Shown here: in pieces, positions 13,201 through 26,000 of the stretch
Numbering within the stretch: position 1 is the first letter of the stretch
How the letters are laid out: each line of letters starts with the position of its first letter
Source of the DNA: Phoronis australis
Lineage: Eukaryota; Animalia; Phoronida
Assembly: GCA_002633005.1 (NCBI GenBank)
Contig: NMRA01000307.1
Coordinates: 86,688-150,687 of the forward strand
Reading direction: 5' to 3'
DNA length: 64,000 bases
The notes under the pieces: model-generated
Seen by the model: the letters and a program-made list of their open reading frames with translations, nothing else
The model's database searches: none
Told to the model about the DNA's origin: nothing
Translations under genes and position numbers: made by a program

Positions 13201-16200
13201 TGGTAAGTAGACCTTTGTCCTTAACCTGAGTAATTTCAACAGGAACAGGAAATGAAACTATTTTATTACAATTTACTTTCTAACAGAAAATCCTGTTTCG
13301 TGATCACTCGATTTGTAACTGCCAAAACGAGTTGATATGAATCAAGGGACATGTAGTGACAAAGGCTCTTGAGTGCGGCATGAGGCTAAGCTGTTGCCAC
13401 GATAATATCGATTATTTTGCAGAGTAAAACAGTATCTCTTTTTTTAAACAGAGCACCACATTAACAAATCATTTGAAGGAACCATGACAGCAAAATGTTT
13501 GGTGCTTAGAAAACACGCAGTTAAAAAGATGCCAAAATATATGAGTGCAAACTTTGAAAGTTGGAAGGTCTGCTGGAATGAATGTGTTTGCTCATTTTCC
13601 TTGCCCAACGTTTTCTCTATACCCAGAACTATTGGAAGACCGTCAAACCCTCGACACTGCTGCGACACTGGCGGTGATGATGATGATGATAGTAGTTTCG
13701 GTGGATGTGGTGGTAGCGGTTAAGGGTGGTGCTGCTCTTGTTGTGAATGTGGTTGTTTTGATGGGGATGGTACTGGATAATGGTGGTGGTTGTGGTGGTG
13801 ATAGGGTAGTGGTGGTTGGGGAGATGGTATTTTAGGGAGGTTGGTTGTAACATAGAAGGAGACGAGAGTGAAAATATGAAGATTTGGATATTGACAGTGA
13901 CTATGAACACGACGATGACGAACACAATGGTGATGTCACAACCAGTCAGACACAATATACATGTAGCCTTAGGAAGAGTCAATTTATAACAAATACATGT
14001 ATACCTTGTAAATTGTTCTTCCTTTGGCCATCCGGTCGATGGGTCTTCGTCTGGACTCAACTGGAATCTTGCATATCTCTTCAAGTGTAACTTGTGCAGT
14101 GGGATATTGAACTTCATCCTATAACATACACAGCTATCTAGCCAGGAAACCAACATCATCAATGCACACATACTCAACAATCTCCTATTGCATTTTCCTC
14201 CCAATTAAAATTTTTCAGTCTAAAACGCAACGGAGCAATCTTGTCACGTTGGGATCATTGAAAACGTCTAAAAACGGGAAATCGTTGTTCGTTCGGCTTG
14301 ATGCAACATAAGTCAGCTGAATGGCGTGTACAAATCGAAATTCCCGTAAATATCGGCTGAACCTATGACGACGGCATTTTAGTAGAACTCGGCCAGCAAT
14401 CTGAAGTCCATCGTGTAATTACCATCCACCCAGACGATCTCCCTTCTCCCTATAACGTTAACTTTAACACCAATACCGCCTACGGAATTCGTAATTCATC
14501 GATCATCACCCAGTGCTACTCGATATGACCATTTTCCGCAAGTAAAAAAGTCGAAACGGGCTTCGGAATATTTACTGTTGTGTGGCGTAGGGTCAACGTA
14601 ACTAGCCATCTTGAGAAAATCGTCCGGTCATGCTTGGCATCAAGAAAGAACAAAATCAGCGACATCGGGTGACACTCATTGTATTACCGCTGCTCACAGT
14701 TGTCTGTTTTAAAAATGGACAATATTCTGTCATAGCGTCGAAAGGCCCTAAACCATGTGTTCTTAACAATGGAAAACTCAAAGCCTAACAAGCGGCGCTA
14801 ATGCAACAAGGACCTAATTATGGATTAGTCACTTTCTAATTTATGTTAACATCAGTTCTGTGAATACAACTGTATGTGGCATATACTCCTTCAAATAATT
14901 TTGTCATGATTTCATACGTTTTGGTCATAAACTGATCGGTGACATTGAATTCACATCCAGGAATGTTCATGGTTTTAATGTTAAAACTGACCTGCTGGAT
15001 TACGTTTTTGACTTCCTAGATCTTCGGAGGCCTTTCGTTCGTCTCCTTCGACTGATTTGACTGTGATGAGTCGCGAAGTAATCCAGCAGACCAGTTTGAA
15101 CTTTAAGTTCATTAAATTTTATTGTTTAAAGGACCAAAGACTCACAAACCTTGCAGCCAAGTCATCTACAACTCGCAGTTTGTTAAGAGGTAGATGGTCC
15201 TTCAGCGGCTGGCACATAATACGGTAGTTCCACTGTGCGATATCCGGTATTGTGTCGTTGATCATGCCCATCAAAGACGTTGGCATATATGCATAATTCT
15301 CCGACGGACTCTTACGACCTGTGAATATGAGGAAACATCGACTCAACTGCGACTATTTTGATTTTCACCAATTCTCAACCAGCCTCCAGATGCCATGCAA
15401 TTATGCAATTCTCGTTGTTACCGTAGAATCTAACATGAATTCATTGGTGGACCCAGGGGGGCATCAAAGAGGTCCGGGCCCCGTTTTTTCACTTGATTTT
15501 AGGGTTATCAAGTCTAGAATTTAGAAATTGTTGACTTGGACCCCGTTTTAAAAAACCCAGGATCTGCCCTTGATGTTATACACTTTATATGTATGCACGT
15601 GAGAGGAGTAGTCAACAACTTTACCTCCGCCAATGCTCAACAAAGCCGGGAACAACCACAAATATCCTCCACGCAGTATTACGATGGAGCCGATAGTACT
15701 TAAAAGTTAACATACATGTATAACTACTAGATTTCTGGTCAGTGAATGTCACACACGTGTTGTAACGGAAAAGGAATAACATACGTCGATAAACTCGCAA
15801 ATAAATCTCCTGGAGATGGGTAAATAGTAAACGGTACTTTTTAAAATCACTGAATTTTAGGGTAAAGTGGACCTACACAAACAAGGACTCATTCTGAGGA
15901 CTATGGCACGTCATATATAGATCAAGGCAGAGCAACGTGTCCATTAATAGAGGCACAGACATGGAATTATTCCCACTTCACAAAATTACCATGTGCCTTA
16001 GTACATGTACTGTACCTGTGACGGCGATACAGAAAATACAACATACTAAATACCTATGCACCGGTGACATCATGTATATGTAGGCATACTTTACCAGTAT
16101 AAGCGCTGAATCTAAGCTTCTGGTGAAGATCAAACCACGAGCTGGCGTCCAGGAAGTGGCGGTCGCTGTCAAACGGCTCGTCTATTTCTGCGCCAGCTTT

Positions 16201-19200
16201 CGTCCAAGCGCCTAGAAATGACAATTGCATCGTTTTCTTCACAATGACTAGTGCCATAAGTATGTACTTGCTTAGATTTTAAAACTGAACTATGTTCTTT
16301 AAATGTTCTAAAGGCTGAAAATGAAACAAGTGAGAATAGGTTGTGTAAAAATATAAAATTTACCTTCGAGGTAGCACAGTACAGGCCTGAAGTAGGGTTT
16401 GTAGTCCCTGATGGTATCATTTTGTTCCTTCCAGGCCTTGAAAAATAATCGCATCTCCGCAAGTTGCTCTTCGACCGTTCCCTTCTCCAAAACCTTAAAC
16501 AGCACATGCATGTTGACTTAAGTCACATTCAGGGCTTTTATCTAACAAGTAGCCCATTAAGGGAAACGGTTGGGGAAAGGTCCAGTTGGAGGATGTTTGA
16601 CTGCCAACTTCACAACCGCCTGGCCTGCCGTACGCCACCATTCAATTCTGAAGTTCTGCATTTACAAGTCCTTTTGGTAATTAATTGGTGTAGAACCGTA
16701 TTCGAATAGCCTGTGCTGGCAGATGCACCGAGCGGTGACATAAGACAAATAGAAACTACACTTCAGTAACGCCAGAGAAAGTGGATTTGTAACATAATGT
16801 AACAGGAGAAGCAGTGATGAACAACGGAGTTGGGATTTGCTCTAAATCAAAGGAACCGTGGCGGCTGTGTCCACCATGTTGGTTTTCAAAGTCGCCACAT
16901 TCACCTGATGTGAAGAGCGGTATATGTCCTCAGAAGTGGGCATCTGCAACCCATGTCACAGCTGTTTTATTTCCGCCTGTCAGCTAAGTACTGTAACTGG
17001 TGGCAAGCTGGTACGATGGAAAATACGTACTTATATAAACATTTTTACCCAAGAAATTCTAGAAACGCGTTCATTTTAGCAAACTGATCAGTATCTATGT
17101 ACAGCCTCGAGGAGTTTTAATTGTAGGATAGTTGGATGACGAATTACGTGTGATTCACCTTACCTCGGCTGGCACATCCGGGAATTCGATCGGGTCCTTG
17201 GCGTGGTATTCTTTACTGGTTTTGCTCGGCTGGAAGAGGCGGTAGTCGTTGTGCCGCGTTCTAAATTCTATTCCGTTCAGAACAGCCATAAACTCTCCCA
17301 TACCCACGGTTCTGATGTTGTTGGCGTGGTTGTGTATTGCCGACACACCCCCATCCCCGAAGGTGGCTTGGAAATAAGGTCTTGTACCAGAGCGCATCAC
17401 TCTCACTTGTTTGATTCCTGTAATTTCAAGGTGCGGGCTTTACGATTGATCTTACACCATACTTTAGGTGGGACAAAACGGGTGTATTGGGCCTCCAAAA
17501 TCCTCCTAGCAATACTTAAAATGATATTGAGTCTCGTTTCGGTGATTTCAAGTAGTTCTTGCCCTAGCACCTGTAAATGTGTCCATGGCGTCCGACCTGA
17601 GTCATAAAAACAAGATTCAACCGAAAACTCAGACACGCTGTGTCACCTAATGGATGCCATGGCGCTTGGCAGATGGTGATTTCATGGGTGGCACACCATA
17701 GGGGGTTTGGGGGCCATAGTTCCCTTTTTAAATGCGGCTCGCCCAGGGTCTATGGGCGGTGCACCACAGGGGGGCTGGGTGACTACAGCCCTATTTTTCA
17801 GTGCTTCGCCGCCCATAGTTTGTTTAGGCTTGTTGAGTAAATCGCCTAAAGCGTAGGTCAATTATACAATTTATAAGGCTTTGTGAGGAGTTTTCAATTT
17901 TTTCCCAAAGTTTTAGTGATTATCGAGGGTTAAAGAGCATTACTTTATTTCAGAGAAATACAGATGTGCCAGTGGTTTTTTGATTTCTGCTAACAAAAAA
18001 ACAAGTCTGGTATTTTTTGACAATATTCAACTTAGTTACTCGAGACTAATCTCGCAAACTCATCAACTCTAAGTGAGGTAGCTATTTAGCGACATTTGCT
18101 TCAGTGGGAAAACAGATAAAAGGAGAAAAAGAACAAAATGACGCAAGAAAAAAGCAGAATAAGAACGCGTCTCTGTTGTTTATAAGTCTGGTTTACACGC
18201 TAACTGTTGGCCAAATCACGTTTTGTGGCCAACAGGTGACGTGCAGACCAGACACAAAACGTTTGTGATGTAGGGGCAAAATTTGAAGTTAAATTCACAA
18301 ACAGGAGATCATAAGGGAATTAAACATTTAACTCAAATTAAACGAGCTGTTGGTTAACTTAGAAACAGTATTGGTCATTACACAACCTCGATGTTCCCAA
18401 TAGCGTTGCGCAATAAATTTCCGTTCTCCAGTTGTCTGCTTGACATCCCTGCACCTGTGATGTTTCACGTACCCACTTTCAAATCAAAGTGTGACCACAG
18501 AGTCGGTCTGGGTGCAGAGTCAGATCCAAGGCGTCGTAATGAAGTATGAGTACATTAAAACAAACCGAAAGGCAGTGTGCCTGAAAAACCCCATTCCTTA
18601 AAATATACCTCCAAGTCATGGCGCTCATGAAAAGAATATTTCCCCAGCTGGTACATAGAAAAATGAATCTTCAGTCAACTAGGGCAACGGGTTAATTCCA
18701 GATGACCTGCCTATTTCAAGCCAACAACAGCTGAACTGACCAGAGACTAAACAAGTTCATCCAATTTACAACAAGTTCATTCAATTTACACCTTCGCAGT
18801 TGGTGTAAGCTACCAGCTCACAACTGCAGTTCACTCAAGGCAAACACCCAAACTCTCAACTACATGTATATGACTGCGCTGTCCCTTAGGCCTCATTCAT
18901 ACTCTCCTTTATCATTTGCTGAAACATGGGTTTTCCCACCTATGGCGGGTGTAGGACGGGTTGTACAAATTCGGTTATATCCTGAAAGTGTGGAGTGAGG
19001 TGATAACGACACTTTCGCGACGTCGTATCGGCTTCTGACCGACAACAATGTTTACCTATTGGAAGTTACAAGTACATTGAATTAGTGATGTTAACCCAAA
19101 GTTCACCAGAATTTTCTATTTACAACCATTCATTTTAAAAAGTAGCATTGATATTGCTCGGGTTAAACAAAATAGATAGTTGTCATTTGCAGCCCCGGGA

Positions 19201-21124
19201 AGTATGGCAATAGGACCATCCCGGATTACACCGCGGCAGAGCTCTCCTTTTACCCGGAGATAAAAGCGCGTGACCTCTTTCTGGAAATCAAGCACATTTT
19301 TGAGTCTCTCATTCACTTATATTTGTCCCGTTTATCAAACTTTCTCTTGTCGCTGTTGCAGCCAAATGCACAGTATTACATGTAGATATAATACTTCGTT
19401 GACATTGGAAGGAGGAATAGAGTAATGTAACCACGAAAAACTTGTTAAGTATCAGACAACAACAAATAACATGTCATCTCCAATGGCTTGAAAACGAGGT
19501 AGCAAATGTGCCTGAAGTATGCGTACGGAATTGTGGGTAAACACACCGAAATTCGAATTCCCTGAGCAATCCTGGACGGCCCTATTGGCCAGGAGACTTG
19601 CCATCAGGGATCGGATTGTCTTTTAATCTCCCATTGCAATTGGCTGATAAAACTGAAGACACCTAAGATGCATGCCATGCGGCGCCTTTAAGGAAAAACT
19701 CATTCAAGTTAATGTAAAGCATTATAAGAAGCGGTGGCTACAGTGGGAATCGCACGGAATCGTCAGTATTCTCGCTTTGGGTATAAGCCCACATTTGCAT
19801 TGTTGGTTGTTAATAGTACTTTAATTTCAATGCACTCCACAGCACAAAATACGGTTTTCAAATAACAATGTTTGAGTAACATTTGTTTTTTTAAGGATCG
19901 TCCACTACTTTTCTAATTCATAACGATAATAATATTTTGTCCCAGGATATTGAAACAGATGTCACCTCAGCATAATTCAGAGAATTAATCCTGGTATTAG
20001 GCAATTCTTGTATTTATAAAAACAAAGTTATTTACCTAAAGCTCAAGCAAAACATGCGACGAATTAACACGTATCACATTTAAATATCAATTATAATCTA
20101 TAGACCTCCAACTCTATATGTTATTAAGCACGCAATATCGATTTACAAAATCATACAAGCATGCAATATATAAGTAGTGAATGGTGAATTCGGCCATTAT
20201 ACAATGTACGTACAAAACAACTTGTTTTCTATTTAGAGCGCTTGAGACTATGCAGTTGATCTCAAACTTTCGGGACTCGGATTGCTATTGATTGAAACCA
20301 GGCACAACAAATTTGTCTTTTCCTGTCATTCTCTGTGCCAACCATAGTAACGAACTACCTGAGCTTCGTAATCCCAGAAATTAATTCTCATCAGAGTAAG
20401 GAACAAGATGGGATCAAATTTATATCAGCAAATGGTCTGGGTGAAAATGCTCGCTTATATGAAGGAACCCGAGTTAATGGCCGTCTTTAGATGTTGGGAA
20501 GTTTGAAATGTCGTGCCTGTCTTTGTTGAGCAGGATGGATTTTTATTTGGTAAGATTGTTGATGACAGTGTTCTCTACATGACACTGATATTACATTCTA
20601 TGCTCAACTAAGCTTTGTAATCTTGTGAGTCCACTGAAATGTGATATAACGTTTCAAACATAGGCCATCTATCTGAATTCGTGTTGTCACGTTTCATCAA
20701 TGGCCATTCCACGACACTCATTTCCTCTAACCCCTTTTCTGAAATCAACGTGTTCGTAAGACGTACACCACGCTGTCCACAATATTCCATTACGACGTAC
20801 AATACAATGTACAATGTGTTCATTTGTTCAAGTTCTTGAAAATCGAGTGCTGAGACTGAAGACGTATTTAGATTCGCATTTACACGTCAGTAGTTTACCG
20901 ACTAGTACCGGAAACCCTAGCCGACTTTCAGCAAGCCAGCGACATCTGTCGGCCGTTCGAAACATACCTGAATTACCATCAGATCGCATATTCTCCTCCC
21001 TCGCCAGCTGTCCCATCATAATTTGGTTAGCTAATGACAGTATGATTTTCTTGTCATTATCGTCAGTGGCGGTTGCTGTGACAACTAGAGCACAGACAAC
21101 GAAAATGGCTCCAACAACTTGCAT
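4074..21124 (-). CDS. Complete 13-coding-exon gene for an uncharacterised secreted 683-aa protein with His/Cys-rich motifs
   Basis: Exons 21124-20968, 17417-17164, 16493-16364, 16211-16095, 15318-15150, 14118-14005, 12393-12266, 12059-11947, 10337-10170, 9074-8753, 7071-6971, 4874-4782, 4259-4074. All introns are GT-AG with compatible phases. The total of 2052 nt is 683 aa plus TAA with no internal stop. The N-terminus MQVVGAIFVVCALVVTATA-TDD is signal-peptide-like. Confidence 0.9.
4782..4874 (-). CDS. Secreted protein, coding exon 12 (not in ORF track)
   Basis: ttttag|AAC...GAG|gtaggc; NASGVITFVMSPSEADFIGEHTHVVTLTSEE. Confidence 0.82.
5608..5766. mobile_element. Short GC-rich MITE-like element of the GGCGGATCCAGGATTTT...ATCCGCC family
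   Basis: aagggcggatccaggattttgagttagg...ggccccccttggcccccctcttaatcc; close relative at 34775-34922 and looser ones at 15443-15572, 32839-33192, 35011-35925. Confidence 0.55.
6971..7071 (-). CDS. Secreted protein, coding exon 11 (not in ORF track)
   Basis: ttgcag|GT...AAC|gtaagt; GNSVYKELTALTDILKNGKEFVERMLLKERPSLN. Of the donors I tested, this one gives the phase 0 the next exon needs. Confidence 0.82.
7344..7990. mobile_element. MITE with ~25-bp TIRs (PIF/Harbinger-like)
   Basis: Left cagcagatttcataaaggtggttta versus right ttaaaccatctttatgaaatcggctg (reverse complements, 2 mismatches); many internal aaccaggttt-type subrepeats. Confidence 0.75.
8753..9074 (-). CDS. Secreted protein, coding exon 10 (not in ORF track)
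   Basis: tcatag|GGA...GAAG|gtaaag; GSARNK...AYNGIHSKLYYLTPPEFYSG...DAADTTRGGGICVLDK...ASGTQIFLPPIAGVGPLRTRYPIMPIYGE. Confidence 0.9.
10170..10337 (-). CDS. Secreted protein, coding exon 9 (frame not in ORF track)
   Basis: cattag|ATC...AAG|gtaaga; IASQTTEKCQWIRQKWSKKKEKVCKSWPQRWSYAIPLEIIYLTPLQSWNPYDLEYK. Confidence 0.88.
10385..10416. repeat. (CAT)n microsatellite
   Basis: gatcgtcatcgtcatcatcatcatcatcatt. Confidence 0.8.
11947..12059 (-). CDS. Secreted protein, coding exon 8
   Basis: atgtag|GT...AAG|gtacgt; GYYHRWFEFGKKDAMGISMQRRGYADDQLFMAMTTHPK. Confidence 0.88.
12266..12393 (-). CDS. Secreted protein, coding exon 7
   Basis: ggacag|G...AGCG|gtgagt; RKTLLDDLMGQIPGKDNGPADILDDAFDTPVLELGQTKVKLNS. 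Confidence 0.85.
13670..13830. repeat. Degenerate (GGT/GAT)n low-complexity tract in an intron
   Basis: ggtgatgatgatgatgatagtagt...ggtggtggttgtggtggtgatagggtagtggtggt. Confidence 0.7.
14005..14118 (-). CDS. Secreted protein, coding exon 6
   Basis: ttatag|G...ACAAG|gtatac; RMKFNIPLHKLHLKRYARFQLSPDEDPSTGWPKEEQFT. Confidence 0.85.
15150..15318 (-). CDS. Secreted protein, coding exon 5
   Basis: tcacag|GT...GCAAG|gtttgt; GRKSPSENYAYMPTSLMG...AQWNYRIMCQPLKDHLPLNKLRVVDDLAA. Confidence 0.88.
16095..16211 (-). CDS. Secreted protein, coding exon 4
   Basis: ttctag|GC...ACTG|gtaaag; GAWTKAGAEIDEPFDSDRHFLDASSWFDLHQKLRFSAYT. Confidence 0.9.
16364..16493 (-). CDS. Secreted protein, coding exon 3
   Basis: tttaag|GTT...GAAG|gtaaat; VLEKGTVEEQLAEMRLFFKAWKEQNDTIRDYKPYFRPVLCYLE. 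Confidence 0.9.
17164..17417 (-). CDS. Secreted protein, coding exon 2
   Basis: ttacag|GA...GAG|gtaagg; GIKQVRVMRSGTRPYF...IHNHANNIRTVGMGEFMAVLNGIEFRTRHNDYRL...PDVPAE. Confidence 0.92.
20968..21124 (-). CDS. Secreted protein, coding exon 1 (signal peptide)
   Basis: ttacag|ATG...TCAG|gtatgt; MQVVGAIFVVCALVVTATATDDNDKKIILSLANQIMMGQLAREENMRSDGNS. Confidence 0.88.
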
Positions 21125-22926
21125 CTGTAACGTGAAACGTAAAATCTTTATAGTGATGATTAAGTAATGATTAAATCACTACCCTTAATCTAGGTCCCAT
21201 TGCAATGTCTGATGTCGCCAGACGCGTTGTACAATGGTATTATAAGCCGCTGAGATACAAGTAGCGTTATCACGTTTTTAATTCTGTCGTAAATCACACC
21301 GAATGTCGCTAGTGCTCTGCAGTACATTAGTGCACATGCGCAAGATGCATCGGTAAACCTCGGTAGTTGAAAGACAGCTCTTAGTGTTGAAGTTTCTTTA
21401 TATTTGGGGGAAGTCGTTTTTGAAGTCTTACACACAAATTGCAGGATAGTTTAGTAGTGTGATGAACACAATGGAAATTTATACTGGGATCAGGAACTAC
21501 TTTCTGATTCCGGATGCTTTCGGTCCCTGGTACGATCAGTTGGTACAGAAGAATGGCGCAAAGACAGCGATGGACAGATCCGTGGTGTTTAAGACAGCAG
21601 AAATGTTTAACTATGTTTTAGTTTTTATCCAACTTGATTTGTGTCATAGAAATTGTGAAAGTTCTAGTTTTTACAAAGGTTGTACAGCACTCGTTTACTC
21701 CCTAACCAGGCTCAATTTAAACATTGCACAGGCGCAAGCTTTAAATCGGATTACACATTCGCATGATACCGTCAATGTCATCAAATGTGTACGAGTCAAG
21801 TGCATTCGGAAACCAACAGCAGCACCATTGGTGAAAATCACGATTACGTCTCCTGTAGAGCAACTGAGGCGCAAGAATCCATCAGTCAATGGTAACTGGG
21901 GTAATGCTTTCTTTAGGGTACCCTATGCGCAACCGCATACCATTTTGAGAAAGTGGCTTTTACCAGTCGACCTTTTCCGGTACGGTATAAGCCTCGGTGT
22001 CCAATGGAAGTGAATTAAAATACCATATATGGCAAACATCAAACGTCAGAAATTTCTGATCGGCTTTATATAAACCCTTTAGACACCAAGCTTTATGAAA
22101 TGTTCTCGATGACGCTGTTAGAAATTGGCTTTAAAACTTTGCACTTTTGTAAGATGGGCTATAAAATTAGGACGTATAAGGTCAAAAAATGCCGAAACAG
22201 AAAAAGTAATTTGGAAGAAAATAATTGACAGAGTTTTTAAAATTTGATCACGTTATCATATTAAACGAATTTTGGCCATTTTATAGATACCGCTGTTTTG
22301 GTGCCTCTCTTTTTTTAAATTAAATAAAACACAGTGTCACTTGACGCATTAATGGCCGAATGGTATAACGTCAAATATAGATTCAACAAGCCTTGCAAGC
22401 CTTGTACTGTAAAAAATGTACTTTTCCTAAGTTAAAATGCATGTTTTGCAGATATTTGGTTGAACAAATGTATATAGACAAGTCAATAGGGTCCAACATA
22501 TCCTAAATGTAAAATGTGGACGCCAGTGAGTATCACAGATCAGACATTCAGCTGGCGACGCATACAAATACATGTTGAGTGATAAAATCGAAAGTTTTGA
22601 AGAATTATGTCCTTATTGCCCTCATAAACGCACCAGGAGACCTTAAAGTTCCAACGTCCCTTTTTATAACAATCGCATGTGCAGGTGTGAAACTTCAGAC
22701 ATAGAACTGATATTTGCACTCAATGACACTTTGTCAATAATATTTGACTGATTGAATTGGCAGCTTTACAAAATAAACCTTTGTAAATTTGATTTACAAG
22801 TGAATGATTGATCAATCAGCATCAAACTCATGAAACCAGAATCAGAGTGGGCCAAGAAAGATTTCTGTCAACCAGATATACACCAAACAACAATTTAAAC
22901 ATGTTTCATTAAAACATGAAACTTAC

Positions 22927-23075
22927 CCTCAAACCTGAAAATTAAACGCTGCTGAATGCAAAGCTCACTGGAACAACAGCAAGGAGATACTTAATTATAT
23001 ATCTCGTGAAATCTTTCACAGCATTGTCATCCAATCGGAATCTTGAATTGTTACGTCGTTTCGTCAACCAATGAG
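22927..23075 (-). promoter_or_regulatory. Probable promoter and short non-coding first exon of the secreted-protein gene
   Basis: Strong donor gagg|gtaagt at 22927/22926; TATATAA on minus at 22995-23001; two CCAAT boxes at about 23031 and 23068. The ATG at 21124 sits directly after an acceptor AG, which implies an upstream UTR exon. Confidence 0.55.
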
Positions 23076-26000
23076 AAGTCAAAAAATTCATCATGTGACA
23101 CGAATGCTTATGCTCGAGCTGTTGCTCGTATCACTGTGGAAGTGTACATATACATGTACCTGTCACCCGAGTTATCTGGTTGAATTACGTTGCATAAGTT
23201 GTATATCAGAGAACGCAAAGGAATTTTACATAGATGTCTAACGTCGTGACCTTGACGTGAACTGCCACTATGCCCACCAGCCATTGACTTGTGTGTAATC
23301 GAAACATTGATCTCCTATTAAATGAAGGGTGTACTGTGAGATTAGATGTCCCATTGTGTTTTAAATATATCAGCTGTTATGCCTTTGATCAAATTAAAAG
23401 TAGTTTCTGTGCTTGCCAAGGACAATCAACTACAAGTGTGTACCTTAGCCCAGGTATTGTTACTTAATGGTCCACAGTTACAGGCTTCCGTGAACTGGTT
23501 TGTGTTGTTTTGAATGTATTGGGCTACCCAAATAGTTCCGGAAAATCTAACGCAACATACGAAACATTATTCACCAGCAGTACAGTTAAGCCTTCTTGGT
23601 CGACAAAAGCAGTTGTATTGAATGAGGTGTTAATAGAAGAACATATAAAGATTCTGGATTTGACGTAGTCGGATGTAAGCAAAGAGCCCAACCGTCCATA
23701 GGATTTGGATTTGTGTCACTGAGACCATCAGAGTGACGCTAAAAGCATGGTGTGGCAACAAAATTCTGATGTACGTAGGCTTTGTCGCCGTCGTTTATCA
23801 AAAACAAACTTTTAACCACATAAAACTTTAAATTCAATCTAAACTTGCGTTTGGCCTTAGAATGTCTTCTTGGAATGGAAATGAATGCTTTTCCTTTGTT
23901 TACATAGTGAATGAACGACATTAAATGTTAAGCTTTTCCAATCAGATTTCTGGACGTGTCCTCATGAATTACCCATTTTCCCAGACGAAAGATTACTTCT
24001 AATTCCTAAAACGGAACAGCTTAAAAATCATATTAATGGCGACTCCCGGTCTAAATCAACAGAGAGGAGGCACGTGATACGTTTAACCCTTATATTTTTA
24101 ATCAACATGTTAATTTCATTCAGGTCCTAAGTAAAATGTCCGATTTTGCCAAACTCGGAACATCATAACTGAGAAATGGTTGATTCAATAAGAAACTTTT
24201 AAGTACTGTACTGTATGCACTTTTCTCCAATTTATGACAAATAGCCAACCGACCCACAACAAAATGCAACAAACAGTTTTTGCAATGGTTTTATGCTCTA
24301 CTTCGTATACTTGTTAACAGGAGCAAAGTCTACCAAAATATGACCACCGAAAATGGATTAAACTGGGCCATTTCCAAAATGGCCGCTACGACATTTTGAA
24401 ATCACTAAAAACAGAAAAAAAACTTCAATAATTGTGATACAGACATAACTGGCAACCTACATGTACTGCTGTGGATAAAATTCAGGTATGGTCAGTAATT
24501 GATATAAAATGCAACATGGCGTCTAAAATTCAAGAACGAAAAATCAATGATTTGTTCATTATTTAATTTTTATCTCCTATAACGAAAGTATGATTAGATG
24601 TGATTGGTTTCTGATTGAATGAACTTAAAACATTTAGATGTTACTGAATTCTGACTAAATTATTTTAAAATATGAACACCACATTTATATTAAATCTGCC
24701 AAATATTTAATCTCAAGCATTAGCTTGAAATAAAGTCAAAAATGGTCTAGTGTATATTTGTTTCCTACTGTTTTTTTACTTAAAAATCCACACAAGAAAA
24801 CTAGAAGCACAGGGCAAAATGGCAACATCATTCGATTATTCCTATTGATTGGTTTCCATGACAAATCAAATCGCAAAACATAAGGAATTTTTGTAAAAAA
24901 TAGAAGTCGTATTCGCCTTTGCTACATCACGCAACAACTAGGCCTTTTCATCAAAAAACTTAAAGCATTTTTAAGACTGATGAATAAATTTAAAGTTTGG
25001 AAAGTTTCAGTGAATTGTGCCAAGCCGTTTTCGAGAACTCGTGTTTCTAAGTTCAAATAAAGTCGATTCGCCGAAGCCGAGAAAAAAACGATTAAACTGG
25101 GACGAGTGAAATTCGGTTAATTATTCGGTGAAAACTTGTTTTCGGTAAATACAACTTACAAATGCCTTAACCATGTTAGCTATTTCAACATTTACTCGCA
25201 ATGTCAACTGAATTTGTGGTGCGTAATTAACTTTATTATCATTAAAACTTACCGTCTTCAGCCACGAGGTAAGACCAACTGTTACTGTTATTTGACCTAC
25301 TTAAAAGTAGGTCACAGTTCATTGTTATTAAAATAGTCTGCTCACATCACGTGCCGGGAGACCGATACGAAACCAAGTAAGAAATGGATAACAAAAATTG
25401 AGTATGTGTTTAAAGCATAGCCATAGCATGAGATCGAAACAGCGAAATGTCAACTTACTTATTGAATTAAGGAATTTGGGTGCAGGTATATCTCTTTTCA
25501 CAACTTGCTGTGTTCATGACCAAAGAGGCGTGAGGCGACTCTTAGGAATCGTTCTCAACGGTCGTATGCATGTAGACGCACGGAGTAGGAGCACGTCGGC
25601 GCAGCCAACAAATTTTTGACATTTAAACACAGCGCCCACGCACCGTAAGTTACGTTATAGTGGGGCGTAGGCACAGACAACCATCATTTTACATCTTTAC
25701 GTAGCGCCTACGCACAATAAGTGACGGTACAGTGAGGCGTAGTCTTCATGCAATAGCTTAGGGTATTGATGCAGTGCCACCCTGACGACAGCATTGTTGC
25801 CGAATATTCCGGCGCCTGTGACCATGGAGTGGCATGAACTTGACAGTGATGAGCAGTCATTTGGCTGGGCATCTTGGACTCCCAAAACGTGGCCGATGGA
25901 TCCGGGATAAAACATGGCCAGCACGAAGTAAAGCGTAGTATAAATATGTTTGGGCTGATAACCACAACGGTGTAGAAATGGAAGAGCTGGTTGGAGTACA

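Noticed and set aside
13629-14004. His/Thr-rich extension of ORF 13629-14204
   Set aside because: Read-through past the 14005 donor into a (CAC/CAT)n microsatellite; only 14118-14005 is exon.
21459-22013. 184-aa plus-strand ORF
   Set aside because: No recognisable motifs and it lies antisense in the first intron; at most a decayed transposase on the other strand, which I cannot support.
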